From Luxibacter massiliensis (GTDB lineage: Bacteria > Bacillota > Clostridia > Lachnospirales > Lachnospiraceae): DNA of 24,000 bases. Made by a program: the position numbers and the translations under genes. Location: contig NZ_UWOE01000001.1 of assembly GCF_900604355.1 (NCBI RefSeq), positions 292,617 to 316,616 of the forward strand, read 5' to 3'. Below are positions 1 to 10,355 of this stretch, in pieces (within the stretch, counting starts at the first letter, position 1; each line of letters begins with the position of its first letter). The notes beneath the pieces were generated by a model that worked only from the letters and a program-made list of their open reading frames with translations, searched no databases and was not told the origin of the DNA.

Positions 1-1
1 C

Positions 2-1105
2 TGCCATGGCAGCGGTAAAAGGAAAGAGGAAAAAGCGTTTCTTGGCAATACACTTTTCATGCTTGTATTTTGCTGTGTACTGCTGACTATATTGCTTGGG
101 GTTACTTATCCTGCAATTTTGTCGGCGTTTGGGGCAACGGGGGAACTGATGAATTATGCGGCTGATTATATTAGAATCTTAGTTTGGGGAGCATCCTTTC
201 AGATTATGGGAACTGGATTACTGCCTATTGTCCGTAATTATCATGGCTCAGTTACCGCTATGGCAGCCATGATTATGGGATTCAGCACAAATGTAGTGCT
301 GGACTGGCTGTTTGTATCTGTATATCAGAAGGGCGTTGCGGGGGCGGCGGCGGCCACATTGATCGGCCAACTTGTGACAGTCGTTCCCTGTGTGCTTTTC
401 CTGTTCCTGAAAAGAATTTTTCATACGGCTGTTCTGCGGCCTGCCAAATCTGTGATATGCCGGATTCTACAGGTTGCCCTTTCCCCATTTGGCCTGACGC
501 TCTTACCCAATATTGTTATTATCATCCTGAACAGAGGGGCATTAGCTTACGGTGGGGAACTGGCGGTATCCTGCTATGCTGTAGTAAGTTATGTAGTGTG
601 TGTGGTTCAGCTGTTATTACAAGGGATAGGTGATGGATCCCAGCCCCTGATTGGCCTTTACCATGGGGCGCAAAATGAGGAGCTTGTGAAACAGGTTCGG
701 AGAATGGCGTATATGTATGCTTTTTGCACATCTGCTGTATGTATGGCAGGGATATTCCTGCTCCGGCATAAAATTCCGGTATTTTTTGGTACATCAGAAA
801 CAGTGGCAGCAGAAGTGACAGATGTGCTTGTGGTTTTTATAGCGGGTTTTATATTTATTGCCTTTCTAAGAATCACAACCGCTTATTTTTATGCTGTGAA
901 GGATAATAAAAGCGCATATCTGCTTATTTACGGGGAACCCTGCGTTCTTGCCTTGCTTGTGGCTTTCGCCCTGCCAAGGTTTCTAGGCGTAGATGGAGTG
1001 TGGCTGTCTGTGCCGGTAAGCCAGGCAGTTCTTGCGGCTATCGGATTTATGCTGTTATGGAGAGGGAAGCAGAAAAAGGAAAGTGACGGACAGGAATCCA
1101 TGTGA
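2..1105 (+). CDS. MATE family efflux transporter, 5'-truncated by the window edge
   Basis: Reading frame is open from base 2 (..GKRKEEKAFLGNTLFMLVFCCVLL..) through the 348 aa ORF. Multiple hydrophobic helices and MATE-like segments (GxxxxxxPIVRNYHG, VYQKGVAGAAAATLIGQ). Confidence 0.85.
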   Translation, partial: CHGSGKRKEEKAFLGNTLFMLVFCCVLLTILLGVTYPAILSAFGATGELMNYAADYIRILVWGASFQIMGTGLLPIVRNYHGSVTAMAAMIMGFSTNVVLDWLFVSVYQKGVAGAAAATLIGQLVTVVPCVLFLFLKRIFHTAVLRPAKSVICRILQVALSPFGLTLLPNIVIIILNRGALAYGGELAVSCYAVVSYVVCVVQLLLQGIGDGSQPLIGLYHGAQNEELVKQVRRMAYMYAFCTSAVCMAGIFLLRHKIPVFFGTSETVAAEVTDVLVVFIAGFIFIAFLRITTAYFYAVKDNKSAYLLIYGEPCVLALLVAFALPRFLGVDGVWLSVPVSQAVLAAIGFMLLWRGKQKKESDGQESM

Positions 1106-1230
1106 TTAACCCGTGCAGGCATGTGGTATAATTAAAATAAATCAGGCCGGAGCAGGCCCTGAATATGGAGATGATTTCTATAAACCGTCAAAGACACTCC
1201 GGTAAAAACGATGGAAAAGAGGTGGCTGAA

Positions 1231-1815
1231 ATGACAAGGCTGGAACAGCAGCTTGAATTTATCAGGGAGATCGACAAAGTAAAAAATATTTACCGGCAGA
1301 CATACCTGGCAGACGGGGAGCGGAAGGAAAATGATGCCGAGCATTCATGGCATATTGCTGTTATGGCTGTGCTTTTAAAAGAGTATGTCCCGGAGGCAGA
1401 TATCTTGAAAGCCATAATCATGGTTTTAATCCATGACTTGGTAGAAATTGATGCCGGGGACACATATGCATATGATATGAAAGGGGCGGAAACGAAGAGG
1501 CAGAGGGAGGTCAAGGCTGCAGAACGGATATTTGGCTTGCTTCCAGATGACCAGGGCAGTACTTTCCGGGAACTGTGGGAAGAGTTCGAGGCGTATGAGA
1601 CAGCAGAGGCAAAATATGCCCACTTGCTGGACAACTTTCAGCCTCTGCTGTTAAATGATGCATCCGGCGGAAAGAGCTGGAGTGAGCACGATGTGCAGAA
1701 GTCCTGGATATATAAAAGAAATGAAAAAATAGGCGAGACATCGGCAGAAATATGGAAATGTATGCAGGAGATTGTGGATAAGCATATTAAAAAGGGAAAT
1801 GTACGGGACTGCTAA
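1231..1815 (+). CDS. HD domain-containing phosphohydrolase (YfbR/5'-deoxynucleotidase-like)
   Basis: HSWHIAVMA ... HDLVEIDAGDTYAYD metal-binding HD motifs. GAGGTG precedes the ATG at 1231; the ORF track starts earlier, at 1165. Confidence 0.85.
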   Translation: MTRLEQQLEFIREIDKVKNIYRQTYLADGERKENDAEHSWHIAVMAVLLKEYVPEADILKAIIMVLIHDLVEIDAGDTYAYDMKGAETKRQREVKAAERIFGLLPDDQGSTFRELWEEFEAYETAEAKYAHLLDNFQPLLLNDASGGKSWSEHDVQKSWIYKRNEKIGETSAEIWKCMQEIVDKHIKKGNVRDC

Positions 1816-1871
1816 ATGGACATGCTGCCTTTGAATATAGTATGGTGTTAGAAAGCCGGGGAGGAAAAGAG

Positions 1872-2597
1872 ATGTATGTAGAAGAAGTGGAGCGTCTGCA
1901 AAATATTATAGGCCAAAGTGAGAATATTGTATTTTTTGGCGGGGCAGGTGTATCAACAGAAAGTAATATTCCAGATTTTAGAAGTGCTGATGGAATATAC
2001 CACCAAACCTATAAGTATTCCCCCGAGCAGGTAGTCAGCCACAGTTTCTTTGTATCTCATACAGAAGCCTTTTATGACTTCTATAAAGAGAAGATGATGC
2101 TGTTAGAGGCGAAGCCTAACCCGGCCCATAGAAAACTGGCCCTCCTTGAGCAAGCGGGAAAGCTCAGGGCAGTTATCACGCAGAATATAGACGGCCTGCA
2201 CCAGGCGGCAGGCAGTAAAAATGTATTTGAGCTTCATGGAAGTATCCACCGGAACCATTGTATGGACTGCGGCAGGTTTTACGATGCTCACTATGTAAAA
2301 GGCTCAAAAGGGATTCCGCGCTGCGAATGTGGAGGGATCATTAAGCCAGATGTGGTACTTTATGAAGAAGGACTTGACACAGCGACAATACAAGGGGCAA
2401 TAGAGGCTATTACAGGTGCGGACACCTTGATTATAGGCGGCACCTCTTTAGTTGTGTACCCGGCTGCAGGATTCATAGATTACTTTCATGGCAGATACTT
2501 GGTGGTGATCAATAAATCAGAAACTGCCCGCCCGGTGAAGGCGGATTTAATGATCAATGGGCCCATAGGGGAAGTATTTTCACAAATTAAAATATAA
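1872..2597 (+). CDS. NAD-dependent protein deacylase, Sir2 family
   Basis: FFGGAGVSTESNIPDFRSADG, QNIDGLHQAAGS, ELHGS and a C..C/C..C zinc site (CMDCGRF...CECGG). RBS gaggaaaaga before the ATG at 1872. Confidence 0.93.
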   Translation: MYVEEVERLQNIIGQSENIVFFGGAGVSTESNIPDFRSADGIYHQTYKYSPEQVVSHSFFVSHTEAFYDFYKEKMMLLEAKPNPAHRKLALLEQAGKLRAVITQNIDGLHQAAGSKNVFELHGSIHRNHCMDCGRFYDAHYVKGSKGIPRCECGGIIKPDVVLYEEGLDTATIQGAIEAITGADTLIIGGTSLVVYPAAGFIDYFHGRYLVVINKSETARPVKADLMINGPIGEVFSQIKI

Positions 2598-2616
2598 GGC
2601 AAAGAGAGAGAGGTAT

Positions 2617-4026
2617 GTGGGATTGTATGCAGAGATTATTGGAACCTTAAGTAACTGGCTGTACAGCTATATTTTGATTATCCTGCTTGTCGGGGCAGGT
2701 ATTTATTTTACAGTCAGAACGAAGTTTGTACAGTTTAAATGTCTGAAAGAGGCATTTAAAGTAGTGCTGGAGCCGAAGTCAGATGAGAAATCAATCTCTT
2801 CCTTCCAGGCGTTGATGGTATCTACCGCGTCCAGGGTGGGGACAGGCAACATCGCAGGAATTTCTACGGCTCTCTGTATTGGCGGCGCAGGGGCCATGTT
2901 CTGGATGTGGCTGATTGCCCTGCTTGGAAGCGCATCAGCGTTTGTGGAGAGTACGCTGGCACAGATATATAAGCGGAAAGCTGCAGATGGAGGCTCCTAC
3001 GGGGGGCCTGCATATTATATTCAGGCAGTCCTTAAGAAAAGGTGGCTTGGCGTTTTATTTGCAGTATGTCTGATTGCAACTTATATGGGCGGGTTCAATA
3101 TGGTTGCGTCGTTTAATATTGCAGATTCTTTCCGCAGATATGATTTCTATCGGCCTGGAGTGACTCCTATTATTGTGGGGATTGTGCTTGCATTTATTTT
3201 TGGTTTGTGTATTTTCGGGGGAAGCAAGCGTATTTCCAGGATTACAGAAGTAATTGTCCCAGCAATGGGCGTGTTTTATCTGGCTGTCTCTTTATTTATT
3301 GTGGTAAGCCACCTGAATTTGCTTCCGGGAGTGATAGCTGCCATTTTTAAAGGGGCATTTGATATTCCGGCAATTTTTGGCGGATTCGCTGGTTCCGCCG
3401 TGATGCAGGGGATTAAAAGAGGACTCTTTTCAAATGAAGCCGGGGTTGGTTCGGCCCCTAATGCTGCTGCTTCTGCCGGAGTATCCCACCCAGTAAAGCA
3501 AGGGTTGGTACAGATGCTTTCTGTGTATATAGATACCATTTTGATCTGCAGTGCCACGGGATTTATGCTGTTATGTTCCGGTGTAGGGCCCACAGAGACT
3601 ATGGCCGGGATGCCTTATGTACAGGAGGCCGTGGCCGGCTCTCTGGGAGGCTTTGGGACAATCTTTATTACAGTGGCATTATTTCTTTTTGCATTTACAA
3701 CATTAATTGGTAATTTCTATTATGCGGAGATGGGACTGCGCTATATATGCAATAAGGTGCCAGAGAAAGGAATCCTCAATGTGTTCCGCATGTGTGCAGT
3801 TTTGATTGTATGTGCTGGCGCTACAATGGATTTTAGTGTGGTGTGGGATACTGCAGATGTACTGATGGGATTGATGGCTTTGATCAACCTTCCAGTTATT
3901 ATTCTTTTGGGAGGGCCGGCCCTGCATTGTATGCAGGATTATCTGAAACAGAAAAAAGAAGGGAAGAATCCTGTATTTAGAGCCAAGGATATAGGATTAA
4001 AGACGAAGACAGATTTTTGGAATTGA
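2617..4026 (+). CDS. Sodium:alanine symporter family protein (AGCS)
   Basis: RVGTGNIAGISTAL, GGPAYYIQ, GLFSNEAGVGSAPNAAA motifs and a multi-helix membrane protein of 469 aa. The listed start is probably close to the real one. Confidence 0.93.
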   Translation: MGLYAEIIGTLSNWLYSYILIILLVGAGIYFTVRTKFVQFKCLKEAFKVVLEPKSDEKSISSFQALMVSTASRVGTGNIAGISTALCIGGAGAMFWMWLIALLGSASAFVESTLAQIYKRKAADGGSYGGPAYYIQAVLKKRWLGVLFAVCLIATYMGGFNMVASFNIADSFRRYDFYRPGVTPIIVGIVLAFIFGLCIFGGSKRISRITEVIVPAMGVFYLAVSLFIVVSHLNLLPGVIAAIFKGAFDIPAIFGGFAGSAVMQGIKRGLFSNEAGVGSAPNAAASAGVSHPVKQGLVQMLSVYIDTILICSATGFMLLCSGVGPTETMAGMPYVQEAVAGSLGGFGTIFITVALFLFAFTTLIGNFYYAEMGLRYICNKVPEKGILNVFRMCAVLIVCAGATMDFSVVWDTADVLMGLMALINLPVIILLGGPALHCMQDYLKQKKEGKNPVFRAKDIGLKTKTDFWN

Positions 4027-4094
4027 TACAGACAGAATAAATATGACTGTCGAAGAAGAGGGTTTATCCCTCAGCATTGCTGTTAAGGCATGTA

Positions 4095-4131
4095 AGGCCA
4101 GCAAGCTCTCATATTGAGGGGGTGCTGGCCT
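4095..4131. terminator. Strong intergenic hairpin, probable (bidirectional) terminator between convergent genes
   Basis: AGGCCAGCA...TGCTGGCCT, 9-bp perfect outer stem plus inner CTCTCA/TGAGGG, followed by TCTCGTTTT. Confidence 0.7.
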
Positions 4132-4137
4132 CTCGTT

Positions 4138-5004
4138 TTACAAAATATCTTTTTCCCAACGTCCAGAAGCTCCACAGGGGAGTGTAAGCCGGCTGTGCTT
4201 TACCGGAAGTCCTATTTCCTGCGCGTCCACTGTCCCGCCCCATTTTTTCAATTCTGTGGCAATCATATAGGACAGAACAGCAGGAGCTAACCCAGTTGTA
4301 TAAGAGTTTATTAGAAAAAACAGGGCATCTTTGGATAAAACTTGGGTACAGAGTTTAATAAATGGATGTATCATATCCTCGATTTTCCATATTTCACCCT
4401 TAGGGCCCCTTCCATAAGAGGGGGGATCCATAATAATTGCATCATAAGTGTTTCCCCGGCGTATCTCCCGCTCCACAAATTTGACACAGTCATCTACCAG
4501 CCAACGTATGGGGGCGTCTTCTAATCCAGAGGCCAGCGCGTTTTCCCTGGCCCATGCAACCATTCCTTTGGAGGCATCCACATGGGTAACTTGTGCGCCG
4601 GCAGAGGCTGCGGCCAGCGTGGCGCCGCCTGTGTAGGCGAAAAGGTTCAATACCCGGACAGGCCTGTGTGCCCCCTGTATTTTTGAAGAAAACCAATCCC
4701 AATTTACAGCCTGCTCCGGGAATAATCCTGTATGTTTGAAATTAAAAGGCTTCAAGTTAAAAGTAAGGCTGCCATAGCAAATCTTCCATTGGTGGGGAAG
4801 GTCAAAAAACTCCCATTCCCCGCCGCCTTTTTTACTGCGGTGATAATGGCCATTGGGGCGCTTCCATCCAGAATGCTCCCTGGGGGTGTCCCAAATTACC
4901 TGCGGGTCAGGGCGAATAAGAAGATAATCCCCCCAGCGCTCCAGCTTCTCCCCCTGAGAACAATCTATCACTTCATAGTCTTTCCACTTGTCTGCAATCC
5001 ACAT
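4138..5004 (-). CDS. Class I SAM-dependent methyltransferase, RlmI-like rRNA methyltransferase fold
   Basis: VLNLFAYTGGATLAAA, DASKGMVAWARENA, IMDPPSYGRG motifs. Likely start at MWIADKWKDYEVID with AAAGAGGAT RBS on the minus strand (CAT at 5002-5004); the ORF track starts at 5067. Confidence 0.87.
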   Translation of the reverse strand: MWIADKWKDYEVIDCSQGEKLERWGDYLLIRPDPQVIWDTPREHSGWKRPNGHYHRSKKGGGEWEFFDLPHQWKICYGSLTFNLKPFNFKHTGLFPEQAVNWDWFSSKIQGAHRPVRVLNLFAYTGGATLAAASAGAQVTHVDASKGMVAWARENALASGLEDAPIRWLVDDCVKFVEREIRRGNTYDAIIMDPPSYGRGPKGEIWKIEDMIHPFIKLCTQVLSKDALFFLINSYTTGLAPAVLSYMIATELKKWGGTVDAQEIGLPVKHSRLTLPCGASGRWEKDIL

Positions 5005-5177
5005 AATTTTATCCTCTTTCTTTTTGGAATGTCTGTTCGTATGATTAAACAGGCAAAAACTATACATATCATCTCATAAACAGTTATTTTTTTCAACAGA
5101 GAGATAAAATCTGTTTACCTAAAGCTAAGTCAGTGATAGAATATATCTATAAGTGCTTCAGGAAGGAGAATTTAAAT

Positions 5178-5795
5178 ATGATAACAGTTAACGCTATGGG
5201 GGACGCATGCCCGATCCCCGTAATTAAGACGAAAAAGGCAATGCAGGAAGTAACAGGCGATGAAGTGTTGGAGGTGCTGGTTGATAACGAGATAGCCGTC
5301 CAGAATGTGACTAAAATGGCATCCAGTGAAGGCGGCCAGGTTACGTCTGAGAAAATTGGGGAGAATCAATTTAAGATTACAGTAAAAGTAAGCCAGACGG
5401 CCGGCAGAAAAGAATCAGCAGACTACAAGGAGGAAATACAGTGTATGCCTGACAGGAGAAAAAATACAGTTGTGGTTATTAGTTCTGACCGCATGGGGAG
5501 CGGAGATGATGAACTTGGAAAAGTGCTTATGAAAGGGTTTATTTTTGCAGTTTCAAAGTTGGACGAGCTGCCATCGGCTATGCTGTTTTATAATGGAGGG
5601 GCTACGCTGACAGCAGAGGGTTCTGAATCTTTGGAGGATTTAAAAGATCTGGAGGCCCAGGGCGTAGAGATCATGACATGTGGTACCTGCCTGGATTATT
5701 ACGGATTGAAAGAAAAGCTAGAGGTGGGGACAGTGACAAACATGTACAGTATCGTAGAAAAAATGAATCAGGCAGAAAGGATTCTGCGCCCATAA
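5178..5795 (+). CDS. yedF: Sulfurtransferase-like selenium metabolism protein YedF (TusA-like N-domain plus DsrE-like C-domain)
   Basis: ITVNAMGDACPIPVIKTKKAM (TusA CPxP) and VVVISSDRMGSGDDELGKVLMKGFIFAVSKLDELP. GGAAGGAG RBS before the ATG at 5178. Adjacent to selD. Confidence 0.92.
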   Translation: MITVNAMGDACPIPVIKTKKAMQEVTGDEVLEVLVDNEIAVQNVTKMASSEGGQVTSEKIGENQFKITVKVSQTAGRKESADYKEEIQCMPDRRKNTVVVISSDRMGSGDDELGKVLMKGFIFAVSKLDELPSAMLFYNGGATLTAEGSESLEDLKDLEAQGVEIMTCGTCLDYYGLKEKLEVGTVTNMYSIVEKMNQAERILRP

Positions 5796-5823
5796 AGGAT
5801 AGTGTGGAAGGAGGAAAAGGGAC

Positions 5824-6873
5824 ATGAACAAGGGAAAGGACGTACGTCTGACACAGATGGCAAAAACGGCAGGATGAGCAGCTAAAATTGGTCCTGAGAC
5901 CCTTGCCCAGGTTCTGGGTAAGCTGCCTGAATTTTATGATGAGAACCTTATAGTTGGAATTGAGACATCTGACGATGCCGCAATCTATAAAGTGACGGAT
6001 GAAATTGCCATGATACAGACGGTAGATTTCTTTACTCCGATTGTAGATGACCCTTATACCTTTGGGCAGATTGCAGCAGCCAACTCTCTGAGCGATGTGT
6101 ATGCCATGGGAGGAGAACCAAAGGTGGCCTTAAATATAGTAGGCTTTCCCAATTGTCTGGATCCGGAAATATTAGGTGAGATTTTGAGAGGCGGAGCGGA
6201 CAAGGTAAAGGAAGCAAGAGCGGTTTTAGTAGGCGGGCATTCTGTACAGGATGAGGAACCTAAATATGGCCTGAGTGTCTCCGGTTTTGTGCATCCGGAC
6301 AAGATATATAAGAATTATGGCTGCCAGCCGGGAGATGCCCTTATCCTGACGAAGCAGATTGGCAGCGGTATTATAACAACGGCCGTGAAAGGTGGGATGG
6401 CCTCTGTGCAGGCTGAGAAAGAAGTAATTACAGTGATGGCTTCTCTTAACCAGAAAGCTGCAGAAGCCGCTAAAGGATTTACTGTACATGCATGTACAGA
6501 TATTACTGGGTTTGGCCTGCTCGGACACTGTGCGGAGATGGCATCCGCCAGTGATGTAACGCTGGAGATTCACGTAGAAGATGTGGCTTATATGGAGGAT
6601 GCCCCCGGATATGCTAAGATGGGACTTGTACCGGCAGGGGCCTATAAAAACAGAGAACATAGCGGAGAATTTGTAGATATGGGGTCTGTGGACGAATATT
6701 ATACAGATATGCTCTATGACCCACAGACATCAGGCGGCTTGCTTTTTAGCATTCCTCAAAATGAGCTTGGAGAATTCCTCGCAGAACTAACAGATAAGAA
6801 ACTGGATACGAAGGTCTCTGTAATAGGGCGTGTCCTTGAGAAATCAGACAAACTGATACGGCTGATGCCTTAG
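5824..6873 (+). CDS. selD: Selenide, water dikinase SelD, selenocysteine-containing (UGA = Sec18, bases 5875-5877), 349 aa
   Basis: The track ORF (5992-6873) lacks its N-terminus. In-frame upstream reading gives [78 protein letters not shown]. Same frame (5824 and 5992 both = 1 mod 3), preceded by GGAGGAAAAGG. Confidence 0.96.
5878..5926 (+). promoter_or_regulatory. Bacterial SECIS-like hairpin downstream of the selD UGA
   Basis: Immediately 3' of the UGA: GCAGCT...AGCTGC outer pairing (5878-5883/5921-5926) and an apical GCCCAG-GTT-CTGGGT hairpin. The loop begins with G at 5911, about 33 nt after the UGA. Confidence 0.7.
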
Positions 6874-7020
6874 ATTGTATCTGACAATTTACTGTACCCA
6901 TCTGACAGTCCATTTTTGGTGCTGTGTATCAGCCAGACATGCTAATTATCAAACATGGCCAGCCGGTGAGATATTTAGATAGAAATATAAATAATTGATA
7001 GAAGGAGCCTGTATAAAAAG

Positions 7021-8439
7021 ATGGATAAGAAACTTTTGTTCCGCAGAATTCCTAAAGTGGATGTTTTGATGGAGGACGAAAAAATAAAGAAAATGACAGA
7101 GCAGTACAGCTATGACAGTGTATTAGAAGCTGTCAGGGAAGAACAAGAAAAACTGCGGGAATTTATTGGAAGCTGTGAGGATGAGGAAGCTGCAGAAAAG
7201 GAAATAGCTAGTTTGCCGGAGCATATAGAACAGAGAATTGCGTATTTATACCGGCCCAATATGTCAAAGGTGCTCAATGGGACGGGCACGATTTTGCATA
7301 CTAACCTGGGGCGCGCCCCCCTGGGAACTGCACATCTGAACCAGGTTGCCAGAATCGCAGGGGGCTATTCTAATCTGGAATATGATCTGGAAGCCGGAAG
7401 AAGAGGCGAGCGTTATTCTCACTTTGAAAAACTTTTGTGTAGAATAACAGGGGCAGAGGCTGCCATGGCGGTCAATAACAATGCAGCAGCCGTGATGCTT
7501 ATTCTCAGCTCCATGGCCCGGGGCGGCGAAGTAGTTGTATCCAGGGGGGAGCTTGTAGAGATAGGCGGGAAGTTCAGGATTCCAGATGTTATGGAGCAGA
7601 GCCAGGCTGTACTCAAAGAGGTAGGGACAACCAACAAGACTCATCTGTCAGATTATGAGGAAGCGGTCAGTGACCGGACGAGGGCTTTTTTAAAGGTTCA
7701 TACAAGCAATTACTGTATCGTGGGCTTTACGGAGTCAGTGCCTATAAGTGACCTGATTCCATTGAAGGAGAAGTATGGAATCCCTGTAATTGAAGATCTG
7801 GGAAGCGGCGTATTGGTAGATTTGAGTAAATATGGACTGCAGCATGAACCTACTGTGCAGGATTCTATAAAAAGTGGTGCGGATGTGGTTTGCTTCAGCG
7901 GCGATAAGCTTTTAGGAGGCCCGCAGGCTGGAATTATAGTGGGGAAGAAGAGGTATATAGACAAAATGAAGAAGAATCCTCTCACCAGAGCTTTGAGGAT
8001 TGACAAATTTACGGCATCTGCATTGGAGATTGTATTAAAGGAATATTTGTCCGAAGAAAGGGCGGTTCAGAATATACCTGTGCTGCGCATGATTACCCGC
8101 AAAATTGAGGATATCAAAGAAGAGGCAAACAAATTTTGCGGGATGTTAAAGGATGCAAAGTTAGATGCGGAGATAGAAGTTATTGAGTGTGAATCCCAGA
8201 TTGGGGGCGGGTCTTTGCCAATGGAAAGACTTCCAAGTATGGCAGTAACGATCCGGCCCCTGAAAATCACGACTGCCTGTCTGGAGGAGCGGCTGAGGCA
8301 CCTCCCTATTCCCGTGATCGGCCGGGTTGTCAACGACAGGATTCTGCTGGATATGAGAACTTTTGAGGGCAGCTGTATGTCTGATTTCATAGAAGGCCTC
8401 AGAAAATCACATATTCTGGAGAAGGAGAGAGATTTGTAA
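7021..8439 (+). CDS. selA: L-seryl-tRNA(Sec) selenium transferase
   Basis: NGTGTILHTNLGRAPLG, GCxNLEYD-type segment (GYSNLEYDLEAGRRGERYSH), CFSGDKLLGGPQAGIIVG PLP-lysine motif. The gene sits between selD and selB. Confidence 0.97.
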   Translation: MDKKLLFRRIPKVDVLMEDEKIKKMTEQYSYDSVLEAVREEQEKLREFIGSCEDEEAAEKEIASLPEHIEQRIAYLYRPNMSKVLNGTGTILHTNLGRAPLGTAHLNQVARIAGGYSNLEYDLEAGRRGERYSHFEKLLCRITGAEAAMAVNNNAAAVMLILSSMARGGEVVVSRGELVEIGGKFRIPDVMEQSQAVLKEVGTTNKTHLSDYEEAVSDRTRAFLKVHTSNYCIVGFTESVPISDLIPLKEKYGIPVIEDLGSGVLVDLSKYGLQHEPTVQDSIKSGADVVCFSGDKLLGGPQAGIIVGKKRYIDKMKKNPLTRALRIDKFTASALEIVLKEYLSEERAVQNIPVLRMITRKIEDIKEEANKFCGMLKDAKLDAEIEVIECESQIGGGSLPMERLPSMAVTIRPLKITTACLEERLRHLPIPVIGRVVNDRILLDMRTFEGSCMSDFIEGLRKSHILEKERDL

Positions 8440-10355
8440 TGAAGCATATTATTATTGGGACAGCAGGGCATATTGACCATGGTAAGACAACGCTGATTAA
8501 GGCCCTGACCGGCAGGAATACAGACCGATGGGAGGAAGAACAGCGCAGGGGAATAACAATCGACCTTGGATTTACGTACTTTGATTTAAGAAATGGGAAT
8601 AGGGCAGGAATTATTGATGTGCCGGGGCATGAAAAGTTTATTAATAATATGGTGGCCGGTGTAGTCGGTATGGATTTAGTTCTTCTTGTAGTTGCCGCTG
8701 ATGAAGGGATTATGCCCCAGACAAGGGAACATATGGACATTCTGGAGATGCTGGGTGTGAAGAAGAGTATCCTGGTACTAAATAAATGTGACTTGGTAGA
8801 TGAGGAGTGGCTGGAGCTTGTAGAGGAGGAGATTCAGGAAGAACTTGCAGGTACGTTTCTGGAAGGGGCACCTGTGATGAAAGTCTCGGCGGCTACAGGG
8901 GAAGGAATAGATGGGTTGGTAGCGTTAATTGAGCATTTCAGCGAAGAGGAGCTGGAGGAGAAAGATATTCATACGATCCCCCGGCTTCCAGTAGACAGGG
9001 TATTTTCTATGTCTGGCTTTGGCACAGTTATTACAGGGACTCTTATTAGCGGGATGATATCAAAAGAGGATACGCTGGAAATGTATCCAAATGGGAAGGA
9101 ATGTAAAATACGGAATATTCAGGTTCATGGTGTGAATGTGGATACATGTTATGCTGGACAGCGTGTAGCCGTAAATATTTCAAATATGAAAAAAAGAGAG
9201 ATTCAGAGAGGATGTGTCCTGGCACCTCCTAAAAGCATGAGGGATTCAAGGCTGATGGATGTGAAGCTGAATATTTTGGATTCTTCCGTGCGTGTTTTGG
9301 GAAACCAGGTGCGCCTTCATTTTTTCAGTGGTACGAGCGAGGTGTTGTGCCGTGCTATATTGTTGGACAGTGAAAGCCTTGGGCCGGGGGAAAGTGGATA
9401 TGTGCAGCTGCGTATGGAGGAAGATGTGGCATTTCGAAGAGGGGATAGATTTATTGTCCGGTTCTATTCACCTATGGAGACTGTCGGGGGAGGCGTCATT
9501 TTAGAGCCAAATGCGTCCAGGAAGAAGCGTTTCAGCCAGGAGGCCATTGAAAGCCTAAGACAGAAAGAATCAGGTTCTGCGGAAGATGTGATTGAACTCC
9601 ATGTACGCGAGTTTAGCGATACTATGGCAGCAATGTCTGAACTGGCTAAATTGTCAGCCCTTTCAATTGAAGAGACATCCCAGGCAGTGTCAGAATTGGA
9701 AAGGCAGGGTTTAGTCTGTGTATTTCCCATGAAGAGAGAGACATTCGTGTGGCATATGGCGGATGAGGCTTCATTGAGGGGACGTCTTGTAAACGCCCTG
9801 CAGGATTATGTCCGAAAGTACCCTTACCGGTATGGTATGCCAAAAGCTGAAGTTCATAGTACATTTTTAAAAAAGGTAAAGCCAAATGTTTTTGACAGAT
9901 ATATCGAATGGCTGGTGGAGAAGGGGGCGTTGTCCCGGCATGAAGAATTTTTAGCGCCAGAGGGATACACAATCAGCCTGGATGGAACCTATAACAAAAT
10001 AAAAGGACAGCTTCTGAATGTACTGAAAGCAGCAGGATACGATTTTGTGAAAATTACAGAAATAAATTTTGGCGGTATTCCCGGGGAGACTGTGGATGAT
10101 ATCTTGATTCTGCTGATAGATTCAGGTGAAATTGTGAAGGTGGCAGAGGGAATGTATACAGTAAGGGAATATATGGATGAGGCACAGGATAAAATTATTT
10201 CAAGGCTTAAGGAGAATGGAAAAATTACAATCGCTGAGATACGAGATATGTTTGCCACAAGCCGGAAGAGTGCAAAACCCATTCTGGAGTATATGGATAG
10301 TATTAAAGTTACAAAAAAAACAGGAGCAGAGAGTGAAAGGATATCAAATCTATGA
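8439..10355 (+). CDS. selB: Selenocysteine-specific translation elongation factor SelB
   Basis: MKHIIIGTAGHIDHGKTTLIKALTG, RGITIDLGFTYF, DVPGHEKFINNMVAG, NKCDLV, C-terminal winged-helix region. Start overlaps the selA stop by 1 nt (TAATG). Confidence 0.97.
   Translation: MKHIIIGTAGHIDHGKTTLIKALTGRNTDRWEEEQRRGITIDLGFTYFDLRNGNRAGIIDVPGHEKFINNMVAGVVGMDLVLLVVAADEGIMPQTREHMDILEMLGVKKSILVLNKCDLVDEEWLELVEEEIQEELAGTFLEGAPVMKVSAATGEGIDGLVALIEHFSEEELEEKDIHTIPRLPVDRVFSMSGFGTVITGTLISGMISKEDTLEMYPNGKECKIRNIQVHGVNVDTCYAGQRVAVNISNMKKREIQRGCVLAPPKSMRDSRLMDVKLNILDSSVRVLGNQVRLHFFSGTSEVLCRAILLDSESLGPGESGYVQLRMEEDVAFRRGDRFIVRFYSPMETVGGGVILEPNASRKKRFSQEAIESLRQKESGSAEDVIELHVREFSDTMAAMSELAKLSALSIEETSQAVSELERQGLVCVFPMKRETFVWHMADEASLRGRLVNALQDYVRKYPYRYGMPKAEVHSTFLKKVKPNVFDRYIEWLVEKGALSRHEEFLAPEGYTISLDGTYNKIKGQLLNVLKAAGYDFVKITEINFGGIPGETVDDILILLIDSGEIVKVAEGMYTVREYMDEAQDKIISRLKENGKITIAEIRDMFATSRKSAKPILEYMDSIKVTKKTGAESERISNL

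Noticed and set aside
5824-5992. selD as a 5'-truncated pseudogene or as starting at 5992
   Set aside because: An upstream in-frame start, correct SelD N-terminal sequence and a UGA at the catalytic position with a downstream hairpin support Sec recoding instead.
9292-9504. Plus-strand ORF 9292-9504 and ORF 10177-10527 overlapping selB/LysR
   Set aside because: Out of frame with well-supported genes and probably spurious.
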